Shown here: in pieces, positions 30,860 to 44,220 of the stretch
Layout: each line of letters opens with the position of its first letter
Position numbering within the stretch: position 1 is the stretch's first letter
Source of the DNA: Bacteroidales bacterium
GTDB taxonomy: Bacteria > Bacteroidota > Bacteroidia > Bacteroidales > G3-4614
Assembly (NCBI GenBank): GCA_017935575.1
Contig: JAGBHI010000050.1
Location: 1,697-65,696 of the forward strand
DNA: 64,000 bases
Reading direction: 5' to 3'
Position numbers and translations under genes: made by a program
The notes under the pieces: generated by a model
The model's input: the letters and a program-made list of their open reading frames with translations, nothing else
What the model was told of the DNA's origin: nothing
Database searches by the model: none

Positions 30860-32515
30860 ATGCTAAAAAAACTAACAATAAAAAACTATATACTTATTGA
30901 CTCATTAACTATTGAGTTTAATAAAGGATTGTCGGTAATAACAGGTGAAACAGGAGCCGGAAAATCAATATTGGTAGGAGCTTTGTCGTTGTTGGCAGGA
31001 GCAAAACCTGATGTAAAAAACATATCAGCAGGAGCAACAAAAAGTGTAATAGAGGGAACTTTTGATATATCAAATCTCTCTCTTAAAGAGAAGTTTGAGG
31101 AGAATGATATTGATTACGATGCCGAAACAATAATAAGAAGAGAAATTAACGAAAACGGCAAATCACGTGCATTTATAAATGATACACCGGTATCTGTTGC
31201 AATATTAAAAGAGATTGCAAAATATATAATAGAAATACACTCTCAACATCAAAATCTGTTATTGGCAGATAATACATTTCAGTTAGATGTTATTGATATG
31301 TATTCCGGAAATTCCAATATATTATCAGAATATAAGAGCTTATATAATACATTAAACCAGAAAGAGAAAGAGTTAAAACAGTTAATATCGGCTCAGCAAC
31401 AAGCAAAACAAGAAGAAGAGTATCTTAAATATGTATTCTCTCAGTTGTCAGAAGCAGCATTAAAAGAGAATGAAGATACTGAGTTAGAGGAGGAGCAAAA
31501 CCAACTTACATACGCTGAAGAGATAAAAGAGTCGCTATATAAATCATCGTCATTGTTTGACGAAGAGAATGGCGTAATATCAAATCTCTCTACAATTTTA
31601 TCAGAATTACGAAACGTTGAGAAGAAGATAAAAACAGGAGATCTCCTTTCCCGAATGGAGAGTTTATATATTGAAGCAAAAGATATAGCATCTGAAGTAT
31701 ATTCTCGAGCCGAGAGTACAATCTATGACCCACAAAGATTATCTGAAGTTGAAGAACGATTATCTCTAATATATAATTTGCAAAAACGATATTCAAAATC
31801 AGATGTTGCATCTCTTTTGCAATACAAACAAGAGATAGAGACAAAACTACATTCTGTTGAGGGGGTTGAAGAGGATATAGCCAATCTTACACAAGAGATT
31901 GATACTCTAAAAAAAGAACTTTCAGCAGTAGCAAACAAATTGACTAATGCGCGAAAGAGTGGAGGGGATACATTCTCAAAAACTCTCACAAATATGGCGC
32001 AACCCTTATCATTGCCCAATCTTAATTTTAAAGTGGAGTGGGAGCAAGAAGAGGAACTTACTGAAAACGGAGCCGAGCGAGCATTGTTTACCTTTTCTGC
32101 CAATAAGAATATGCCTTTGACTCCTTTGTCAAAAAGTGCATCAGGAGGAGAGATATCAAGACTTATGTTATGTGTAAAGGCTTTGGTGGCAGATGTGCGG
32201 GCAATGCCTATTATGCTTTTTGACGAAGTTGATTCGGGAATTTCAGGTGAGACAGCCGGAAAGGTTGCGACAATAATGGCGCAGATGGCTCAAGAACGTC
32301 AAATAATAGTAATAACACACCTTCCACAAGTAGCAGCAAAAGGATTATGGCACTATAACATATATAAAGAGGATAGTGAGAATAAAACGGTTGCGTATAT
32401 AAAACAATTATCAGATAAAGAGAGGGTGGCTGAGGTTGCCAGAATGATGAGCAGTGATAAACCAACCGATGCTGCATTAAATTTGGCATCAGAGCTATTA
32501 AATATAAAGATATAA
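30860..32515 (+). CDS. recN: DNA repair protein RecN
   Basis: TGETGAGKS Walker A; ASGGEISR, FDEVDSG and ITHLPQVAA motifs. Confidence 0.95.
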   Translation: MLKKLTIKNYILIDSLTIEFNKGLSVITGETGAGKSILVGALSLLAGAKPDVKNISAGATKSVIEGTFDISNLSLKEKFEENDIDYDAETIIRREINENGKSRAFINDTPVSVAILKEIAKYIIEIHSQHQNLLLADNTFQLDVIDMYSGNSNILSEYKSLYNTLNQKEKELKQLISAQQQAKQEEEYLKYVFSQLSEAALKENEDTELEEEQNQLTYAEEIKESLYKSSSLFDEENGVISNLSTILSELRNVEKKIKTGDLLSRMESLYIEAKDIASEVYSRAESTIYDPQRLSEVEERLSLIYNLQKRYSKSDVASLLQYKQEIETKLHSVEGVEEDIANLTQEIDTLKKELSAVANKLTNARKSGGDTFSKTLTNMAQPLSLPNLNFKVEWEQEEELTENGAERALFTFSANKNMPLTPLSKSASGGEISRLMLCVKALVADVRAMPIMLFDEVDSGISGETAGKVATIMAQMAQERQIIVITHLPQVAAKGLWHYNIYKEDSENKTVAYIKQLSDKERVAEVARMMSSDKPTDAALNLASELLNIKI

Positions 32516-32521
32516 GCATAT

Positions 32522-33259
32522 ATGATAAAGAGCAGTGATATGATATTCGGCATTAGAGCCGTAGCAGAAGCGATATCAGCAGGTAAAGAGATTGATAAGA
32601 TATTAATTCGTAAAGATCTTTCAGGAGAGTTGGCGGTAGAGTTGTTTGAAATGTTGCGAGGAAGCAATATTGTAGTACAACGAGTACCACAGGAAAAATT
32701 AAACTCTATCACACGTAAAAATCATCAAGGAGTAATAGCATTTATCTCCCCAATAAATTATCAGCCAATAGAGGAGATTGTTGCATCGTTATATGAGCAA
32801 GGGAAAATCCCCTTTATATTGGTACTTGATCACTTGACAGATGTCCGAAATTTTGGAGCAATAGCGCGTACAGCTGAGTGTGCGGGCGTAGATGCAATAA
32901 TAATACCATCTAAAGGTAGTGTATCAGTAACAGCAGATGCTGTAAAGACATCGGCAGGAGCCTTAATGAATATTCCTGTATGCCGAGTACAATCGTTATA
33001 TAACTGTGTAAAGTATCTAAAAGATTGTGGATTACAGGTAATGGGCGCATCTGAAAAATCAACTACTAACTATACTGATGCCGATATGACAACTCCTTTG
33101 GCATTGGTAATGGGGGCAGAAGATAAAGGAATATCAACAGAGATACTATCGCTAACCGATACAACAGTGTCTCTCCCACAATATGGAAAAATAGCTTCAT
33201 TAAACGTGTCAGTTGCTGCAGGAGTAATGATATATGAAGTATTGCGTCAACGCAAATAG
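32522..33259 (+). CDS. rlmB: 23S rRNA Gm2251 methyltransferase (SPOUT)
   Basis: NHQGVIA, DVRNFGAIART, MGAEDKGI and SLNVSVAAG motifs. Confidence 0.92.
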   Translation: MIKSSDMIFGIRAVAEAISAGKEIDKILIRKDLSGELAVELFEMLRGSNIVVQRVPQEKLNSITRKNHQGVIAFISPINYQPIEEIVASLYEQGKIPFILVLDHLTDVRNFGAIARTAECAGVDAIIIPSKGSVSVTADAVKTSAGALMNIPVCRVQSLYNCVKYLKDCGLQVMGASEKSTTNYTDADMTTPLALVMGAEDKGISTEILSLTDTTVSLPQYGKIASLNVSVAAGVMIYEVLRQRK

Positions 33260-33398
33260 AATTTAAGAACCTGGTAAAAAGGAATAAAGTCATAAAAAAC
33301 ATATTAAAATTTTTTTTTAATCTAAATAATACATACATTTGTAAATAAATAATATATAATGGATTACAAGGCATTGTCTTAAAAGGCAAGTGTCTTGA

Positions 33399-38225
<4,827 letters not shown>

Positions 38226-38247
38226 AAAACGGTGATAAATATAATTT

Positions 38248-38285
38248 GAGAGGAGAGAGGCGAAAGTCTCTCTCCTCTTGTTTTT
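38248..38285 (+). terminator. Intrinsic terminator
   Basis: GAGAGGAGAGAGGC-GAAA-GTCTCTCTCCTCTT plus T-run. Confidence 0.85.
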
Positions 38286-38454
38286 GAATAAATTTAGATC
38301 TAATTTAAACAAAGCCCCAATACGATTGTTATATAATTACAAAAGTTATCCTCTTTCTTGTTTTTGATATATTTCAAGTAGTATGGTCGGCTCGTGAGAG
38401 TCGACTCTATTTTTATACCCTCTTAGTTTCTAAAATTAAAACCTTTGTTTAACT

Positions 38455-39195
38455 TTGTATCAGAAACAGAGAGGTATGCCAAATATAAATACTGCAAGCG
38501 AAAAAATATTGCACACTATTAAACGATATTATTCAAAAGGAGTACGCAGGGTAACAAAGCGTCGTGGATTTGGCGTGCACTCACCCTTTGTCTTTAACTT
38601 TATAATAAGAGTAATTGAAGAGAAGGCGCAATACTATTCATATTCTGCCATAGAGGCGCAATATTTTAAAGTAAAAAAAGCATTAACTTCAAAGTCGCCG
38701 ATAAAGTTGCACCCTCTAAAATTTTCAAAATTGATATTCAGGGTGGCAAATAGATTAAAACCAACTACCGTGTTGGAGTGTGGAACGGCATATGGCGTAT
38801 CAACAATTGCATTATCGCTTTCAAAAAACAATATACAACTAACCACCATAGAACCCAATGCCGAGATAGCGAGGTGGGTTGATGGGGCAATAGTTAAGGA
38901 TTATACAATGGCGTTAAAGCAATACTATTCTTCAAATAGTGTTCCGGATCTTATATATATACGTATTCAAGAAAAATCATCTGACTATAAAGCAATATAT
39001 GGTGCTATAACTCCATATATAAAAGAGAATTCTGCAATAATTGTTGCAGGAATACGAACAACAAAAGAGAACTATTCACTATTTAAAGAGTTTTCTGCCA
39101 ATCCGATAATAAAAGTAACTATAGATCTTTACGATACAGCAATATTGGTGGCATCACCAAAGTTAAACAAACAACAATTTAAAGTTTCATTCTGA
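38455..39195 (+). CDS. Class I SAM-dependent methyltransferase-like protein
   Basis: GFGVHSPFVF N-terminal motif and VLECGTAYGVST SAM-binding-like loop; start uncertain (ATG 38476 possible). Confidence 0.6.
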   Translation: MYQKQRGMPNINTASEKILHTIKRYYSKGVRRVTKRRGFGVHSPFVFNFIIRVIEEKAQYYSYSAIEAQYFKVKKALTSKSPIKLHPLKFSKLIFRVANRLKPTTVLECGTAYGVSTIALSLSKNNIQLTTIEPNAEIARWVDGAIVKDYTMALKQYYSSNSVPDLIYIRIQEKSSDYKAIYGAITPYIKENSAIIVAGIRTTKENYSLFKEFSANPIIKVTIDLYDTAILVASPKLNKQQFKVSF

Positions 39196-39202
39196 TAAAA
39201 CC

Positions 39203-39748
39203 ATGAAGATATATACAAAAGGAGGTGATAAAGGTAACACTTCGTTGGTAGGGGGTACAAGAGTGCCAAAACATTGTTTAAGACTTGAGGCATACGGAAC
39301 AATAGATGAACTCAATGCTTTTATAGGCGATTTATTAACTGATTTAAAGAGCAAGCCTGATATTGAATTGTTAAGTAAAGTGCAAAATTGGCTATTTAAT
39401 GCCGGTTCAATATTGGCGTGTGAAGATAACATGGTTGAAAAAATGCCTGCTATAACCATGCAGCATATTGAGCAACTTGAACACCGTATTGACGAAATAG
39501 AGGTAGAACTCCCCAAACACAATAAATTTATACTACCAAGAGGCGTTTCGTCAGCAACAAAATCACATATCTGTCGTACAGTCGCACGTCGTGCTGAGAG
39601 GTGTATATATGCCTTAAAATCAGAAGAAAAAGTTTGCGAAAAAGTGCTTATGTTTATAAACAGATTATCAGACTATCTCTTTGTTTTATCACGCTATTGT
39701 AATTTTATTGAAAAAAATGAAGAATTTTTTTGGGATAATCATTGCTAA
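39203..39748 (+). CDS. PduO-type ATP:cob(I)alamin adenosyltransferase
   Basis: KIYTKGGDKG, YGTIDELN, RTVARRAER and INRLSDYLF motifs. Confidence 0.92.
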   Translation: MKIYTKGGDKGNTSLVGGTRVPKHCLRLEAYGTIDELNAFIGDLLTDLKSKPDIELLSKVQNWLFNAGSILACEDNMVEKMPAITMQHIEQLEHRIDEIEVELPKHNKFILPRGVSSATKSHICRTVARRAERCIYALKSEEKVCEKVLMFINRLSDYLFVLSRYCNFIEKNEEFFWDNHC

Positions 39749-39888
39749 ATAGAAAATTTTTCCTATTTTCGCGCCCGATTTAAAGAGAAATATTAAATAA
39801 TTTAAAAATCGGAGCTGTGTTTTGCTTTAAAAAAGCATAAGAAATTCCTTTCCACAGTTGAATGATTTACTAAAAAACGGAAAATATT

Positions 39889-40110
39889 ATGTATTGGACA
39901 TTAGAATTGGCTTCTAAATTGGAAGATGCACCATGGCCTGCAACAAAAGATGAATTAATAGACTATGCAATTCGCTCTGGAGCACCACTTGAAGTAATTG
40001 AAAATTTGCAAGAAATTGAAGACGAGGGAGAGATATACGAATGTATTGAAGACATCTGGCCCGACTATCCCACAAAAGAAGATTTTTTCTTCAACGAGGA
40101 GGAGTATTAA
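39889..40110 (+). CDS. DUF2795 family conserved Bacteroidetes protein (target of island integration)
   Basis: MYWTLELASKLEDAPWPATKDELIDYAIRSGAP...FFNEEEY. Confidence 0.85.
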   Translation: MYWTLELASKLEDAPWPATKDELIDYAIRSGAPLEVIENLQEIEDEGEIYECIEDIWPDYPTKEDFFFNEEEY

Positions 40111-40111
40111 T
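40088..40111 (+). repeat. attL-like direct repeat (3' end of DUF2795 gene)
   Basis: TCTTCAACGAGGAGGAGTATTAAT matches 45785-45808 at 22/24 positions. Confidence 0.85.
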
Positions 40112-40141
40112 AGTCTACAGATATGTTAAATAATTGAATAT

Positions 40142-40178
40142 CAACGCGATAGACAAAGATAATTTGTTTGTCGCGTTG
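40142..40178 (+). terminator. Island-supplied hairpin downstream of the DUF2795 stop
   Basis: CAACGCGATAGACAAA-GATAA-TTTGTTTGTCGCGTTG (two G:U pairs). Confidence 0.55.
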
Positions 40179-40204
40179 GAGTTTTAAGGCCTTTTAAGGT
40201 GTGA

Positions 40205-40259
40205 TTTATTTGTCTAAATTACGGTTTTCCTTCTCAAAACCGGAGTTTATTTGTCTAAA
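40205..40259 (+). repeat. Direct repeats TTTATTTGTCTAAA x2 (putative integrase arm-type sites)
   Basis: Identical 14-mers at 40205-40218 and 40246-40259; variants at 45671-45683 and 45724-45737. Confidence 0.55.
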
Positions 40260-40311
40260 ATACATTACCTTTGCTTCTCCTCAGGAATATTAAAATAGGA
40301 GGAAAAAGCAT

Positions 40312-41223
40312 ATGAGAAAACTATATACATATCCGGCAAAACCATTTGTTAAATGGGTAGGGGGTAAAACGCAACTTCTTGACGATATAAAGAAGGCTTT
40401 GCCTCGTAATTTATCACAGATAAATGATGTGACTTATATTGAGCCATTTGTTGGTGGAGGAGCTGTTTTATTTTGGATTTTGCAAGAATATCCGAATATA
40501 ACTAAAGCTATAATCAATGATATAAATGAAGAATTAATTTGTACTTATCGTGTAATAAAATCAGATGTTGAAAAATTGATTCTTGAGTTGACACGAATTC
40601 AAGCTGAATACCTTGCACTGAATGACGTTGCAAGAAAAGATTATTTTTTATCACAACGTGAACGTTATAATGAAAAAAATAATTCAGATATTGAAACTGC
40701 TGCATTATTTATTTTCTTGAATCGAACTTGCTTTAATGGATTGTACCGTGTAAATTCTAAAGGAAAGTTTAATGTCCCACACGGAAGATATACGAATCCT
40801 AAAATTTGTGATGAAGAAACGTTGAGAGCTGATTCTGTTGTTCTACAACGAGTTGAGATTCTTTGTGGTGATTTTGCACAAACTGGTAAATATGCAGATA
40901 ATAATGTCTTGTATTATTTTGATCCACCATATCGTCCTTTAACAGAGACTTCTGCATTTATTTCTTATGCAAAAGATGGTTTTGATGACGCTGAACAGAC
41001 ACGTTTACGCGATTTTTGCGAGCAGATAGCAGCACACAAATCTTTATTTGTGGCAAGTAATTCAGACCCTCAAAATGTAGATAATGGAGATGATTTTTTT
41101 GATCATCTTTACAAAAGATTCTCAATTAAACGAGTTTTTGCTGCGAGGATGATAAATTCAAAAGGAAATGGGCGTGGAGCGATTTCCGAAATAATGATTT
41201 CTAATGTTGCCAATGCTTACTGA
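40312..41223 (+). CDS. Dam/DpnM-type N6-adenine methyltransferase (GATC)
   Basis: PFVKWVGGK, YIEPFVGGGA, LNRTCFNGLYRVNSKGKFNVP and DPPY motifs; TACCTTTG promoter element at 40266-40273. Confidence 0.92.
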   Translation: MRKLYTYPAKPFVKWVGGKTQLLDDIKKALPRNLSQINDVTYIEPFVGGGAVLFWILQEYPNITKAIINDINEELICTYRVIKSDVEKLILELTRIQAEYLALNDVARKDYFLSQRERYNEKNNSDIETAALFIFLNRTCFNGLYRVNSKGKFNVPHGRYTNPKICDEETLRADSVVLQRVEILCGDFAQTGKYADNNVLYYFDPPYRPLTETSAFISYAKDGFDDAEQTRLRDFCEQIAAHKSLFVASNSDPQNVDNGDDFFDHLYKRFSIKRVFAARMINSKGNGRGAISEIMISNVANAY

Positions 41224-41224
41224 T

Positions 41225-42082
41225 ATGAGAGACTTTGATACATGGCTAGCTGGTTTTAGACCTTCTATAGCTGATTATAAATATTACGTTGATTTCGATA
41301 AGGTTTTCAATAATGTGGAAGCTATTAAAATTCCACTCAATATTTTGAATTCGCTTATAGGTTCCAAGAATATAGAAAATGAATTCAGAAATATTTTGGA
41401 ACAATATCCAGAAACTCTAAGATGTATTCCTATTCTTTTGGCCAAGCGTGAACTTGACATTATGGCTATGGATGAAGAGGGGCAGATTGATTTTCATTTT
41501 GACAAGCCCAATTGCACGAATGAAGATTATGTCAAATTCATGCGAAAGACTGGTCTTTTTGATTTGATGGAGAGTCATATTGTCAACAATCTTGTAGATT
41601 ACGTGACGGGTATAGAAACAGGACTAGACTCAAATGGACGTAAGAATCGAGGTGGTCATCTTATGGAGAATCTTGTAGAGGGCTTTCTTTGTAAAGCTGG
41701 ACTTGTGAAAGGTGTTGATTATTTCAAGGAAATGTATATTCATGAAATTGAGGCCAAATGGGGAATAGATCTGTCTTTGATCTCCAATAATGGTGGTGCA
41801 GAGAAAAGATTTGATTTTGTGGTAAAAGGAAATGATACCATTTATGGAATAGAAACTAACTTTTATACCAGTAGTGGTTCCAAATTGAATGAAACGGCAC
41901 GTAGTTACAAAACTATTACCATGGAAACCAAAGATTTGGGATATTTTAAATTTGTTTGGTTCACCGATGGTTGTGGCTGGCGCAGTGCAAAGAATAATTT
42001 GAAAGAAACCTTTGATGTGTTGGAACACCTTTATAATATTGCGGATCTTGAAAATGGAATAATTCCAAAAGTTCTTATCTAA
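41225..42082 (+). CDS. DpnII/MboI-family type II restriction endonuclease
   Basis: YYVDFDKV, GIETGLDSNGRKNRGG, KRFDFVV, ETNFY...GSKLNETARSY and FVWFTDG motifs; start at ATG 41225. Confidence 0.9.
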   Translation: MRDFDTWLAGFRPSIADYKYYVDFDKVFNNVEAIKIPLNILNSLIGSKNIENEFRNILEQYPETLRCIPILLAKRELDIMAMDEEGQIDFHFDKPNCTNEDYVKFMRKTGLFDLMESHIVNNLVDYVTGIETGLDSNGRKNRGGHLMENLVEGFLCKAGLVKGVDYFKEMYIHEIEAKWGIDLSLISNNGGAEKRFDFVVKGNDTIYGIETNFYTSSGSKLNETARSYKTITMETKDLGYFKFVWFTDGCGWRSAKNNLKETFDVLEHLYNIADLENGIIPKVLI

Positions 42083-42964
42083 ATGCCAACATCCTATTAT
42101 AAGTCAGAGAACAAGGATTTTACCCTTTTGAAAGGAGATTGTATCGAACTGTTGAATTCATTTGATTTTAAGTTCGATATGATTTTTGCTGACCCTCCTT
42201 ATCATCTTTCCAATGGAGGAATCAGTGTTCAAAACGGTAAAATGGTATCTGTCAATAAGGGCGATTGGGACAAGTCCAATGGATACGAGGAAGATTACCT
42301 GTTTGATAAATCTTGGATTTCTGCTTGCCGGAATAAGTTGAAATCCAATGGAACGATTTGGATAAGTGGTACTTATCATAATATTTTTTCGGTAGCTAGA
42401 TGCCTAACAGAATTGGGCTTTAAGATATTGAACTGCATTACGTGGGAGAAAACAAATCCTCCCCCAAATTTATCTTGTAAATATTTCACCTATTCTGCTG
42501 AGTATATCCTTTGGGCTCGTAAAGAGCCCAAAGTTCCCCATCTCTTCAATTATGAGTTAATGAAAAAGATCAATGGAGGAACTCAGATGCGTGATGTTTG
42601 GCGATTACCAGCTATTGCACGATGGGAAAAGTCTTGTGGTAAACATCCTACTCAAAAACCATTGTGCGTTCTGTCACGAATCATTCAGGCTTCAACTCTT
42701 CCTGATGCATGGATTTTAGACCCATTTACAGGTAGTAGTACAACAGGTATTGCTGCAAACCTATTAGGTCGTCGTTTTCTTGGAATAGATCAAAATGGCG
42801 AATTTTTGGACCTGAGTAAAGCCCGCCGAGAGGAAATCAACGACATCTCAAAACGTACTTTGTATTTGGAGAAACTTCAAAAGCAAGCTCAAATATTTGA
42901 AGATAATGAGATTCAAGCTATTAATGAACCTTCTGTAGAATATGGGATGGACTTACCGTTTTAA
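42083..42964 (+). CDS. DpnA-type beta-class DNA methyltransferase
   Basis: MIFADPPY, VSVNKGDWD, WEKTNPPPNL, KHPTQKP and DPFTGSSTTG motifs. Confidence 0.9.
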   Translation: MPTSYYKSENKDFTLLKGDCIELLNSFDFKFDMIFADPPYHLSNGGISVQNGKMVSVNKGDWDKSNGYEEDYLFDKSWISACRNKLKSNGTIWISGTYHNIFSVARCLTELGFKILNCITWEKTNPPPNLSCKYFTYSAEYILWARKEPKVPHLFNYELMKKINGGTQMRDVWRLPAIARWEKSCGKHPTQKPLCVLSRIIQASTLPDAWILDPFTGSSTTGIAANLLGRRFLGIDQNGEFLDLSKARREEINDISKRTLYLEKLQKQAQIFEDNEIQAINEPSVEYGMDLPF

Positions 42965-42966
42965 TT

Positions 42967-43503
42967 TTAATTCCAGATATTACATAGTTTATTATATAAC
43001 ATAGATCTTCCGCTTCGATTCCAATATGTTATATCCTGTTCTATGAAAAGCCATTTTAATGACTTGAAGATAACCTCTATAGAGTGTCCAGATGTAAATG
43101 AAAATTGGAAATATTCAGAATCATTGATCTGTTTACAAGCGAAAGTCTTATCCAACAGCCCTTTTAAACGAGAAAATTCAGTAGAATTTTCAGCTTTTTT
43201 ATTGATTAAATCATTTGTTATATCATCATGGCTTGGACGATTCCCAGTTGAAATGATATTACCATGCTTTCCATATCTAAATTGTGTGTTCTCAACTCTA
43301 ACTTCAAAATCAACACCTTTATTTAGGGCTGTAGGACGTTTAAGATAAATGCGTTTATTATTTTGCAGTGTTTCTACAAAGTAGTAATATTCTGTAACCG
43401 AAGTAGTTGTACCGGGCATTTCTTTTAAAAACTCTTCAATAAGTTGTTTTCGGTAAGAAGCCTTATCCGCAGCGGTAATATTAAGTGTTATATTCGTAGC
43501 CAT
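42967..43503 (-). CDS. Hypothetical protein coupled to a C-protein-like gene (candidate nuclease/defence effector)
   Basis: 178-aa ORF with ATG 1 nt after the HTH stop; motif-like segments YYYFVETL..RIYLKRP, RPSHDDI, LKWLFIEQDITYWNRSGR. Confidence 0.7.
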   Translation of the reverse strand: MATNITLNITAADKASYRKQLIEEFLKEMPGTTTSVTEYYYFVETLQNNKRIYLKRPTALNKGVDFEVRVENTQFRYGKHGNIISTGNRPSHDDITNDLINKKAENSTEFSRLKGLLDKTFACKQINDSEYFQFSFTSGHSIEVIFKSLKWLFIEQDITYWNRSGRSMLYNKLCNIWN

Positions 43504-43504
43504 A

Positions 43505-43720
43505 TTATTGTTGAAAAAGTTCTTGTATCTGAATATTTAGTGCTTTAGCAATTTTTTCTATATTACAGAGTGTGATATTCTTCTCTGCACGTTCAATCAT
43601 TCCTATATATGTGCGATGTACTCCAGCTAACTCTGCAAGTTTTTCTTGAGATAGTCCTTGGCTTATTCTATGCTGCTGTACATTCTTGCCAAATAGGAGT
43701 AGAATGGGTTCTTTATTCAT
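43505..43720 (-). CDS. XRE-family HTH, R-M controller (C-protein)-like
   Basis: 71 aa; GLSQEKLAELAGVHRTYIGMIERAEKNITLCNIEKIAKAL is a typical C-protein HTH signature. Confidence 0.85.
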   Translation of the reverse strand: MNKEPILLLFGKNVQQHRISQGLSQEKLAELAGVHRTYIGMIERAEKNITLCNIEKIAKALNIQIQELFQQ

Positions 43721-44044
43721 TGATTAAAAAGAGTAAATTGTACTATATTAATTGATTGCAAATTTATCGATGCTACCTAAAGTTATCAACATACTATAAT
43801 TAGCAAACAGCGTTTCTGATTTAAATAGACTGTCAGTTTAAATGTTTAATTATCTGACATATTGGCAGTATTTTCCTGTTTTTGTAAAAGTATGGTACAA
43901 ATTTTGTTGTTTTTTTCTAATGGTATATACTTTGTCTCTAATCAAATAACTTTCCTGCAACAATTATAGATGTCAGGAAACATATAGTTAACGTCCTTAA
44001 GAGACACATTATTAACCGCCTTTGGGCATAAAAACGATTAGCTT

Positions 44045-44167
44045 ATGAAGAAATTTCAAAAGCCCCAATTGGTAGCTCAAGGTTCTGCACAAATGGCGGA
44101 TTGCCGACCAAATAGCAGACCGTGTGGTAGACCATGCAACCCTCCTGGACCTGGAGGACATCGCTAA
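44045..44167 (+). CDS. Putative RiPP precursor peptide, 40 aa (MKKFQKPQLVAQGSAQMADCRPNSRPCGRPCNPPGPGGHR)
   Basis: Translated by hand from ATG 44045 to TAA 44167; FxKPxL leader motif; 3-Cys, Pro/Arg-rich core; 53 nt upstream of an RRE-rSAM-SPASM gene. Confidence 0.75.
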   Translation: MKKFQKPQLVAQGSAQMADCRPNSRPCGRPCNPPGPGGHR

Positions 44168-44171
44168 ACCG

Positions 44172-44205
44172 TATATCAGATGGTGGTAACACATCATCTG
44201 ATATA
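44172..44205 (+). promoter_or_regulatory. Intergenic stem-loop between precursor and maturase
   Basis: TATATCAGATGGTG-GTAACA-CATCATCTGATATA, 14-bp stem. Confidence 0.65.
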
Positions 44206-44220
44206 TTAATTTTATCGTTT

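Noticed and set aside
43783-43791. TTATCAACA DnaA-box-like 9-mer upstream of the C-like gene
   Set aside because: A single AT-rich 9-mer overlapping the probable promoter/operator; the same 9-mer also occurs inside coding sequence (wzx-unrelated genes not checked exhaustively), so chance is likely.
44012-44197. 61-aa minus-strand ORF in the island
   Set aside because: Antisense shadow of the precursor peptide and hairpin; no recognisable features.
44134-44220. 29-aa N-terminal extension of the rSAM ORF in the track
   Set aside because: It overlaps the precursor ORF and the stem-loop; the RRE-like domain begins at ATG 44221.
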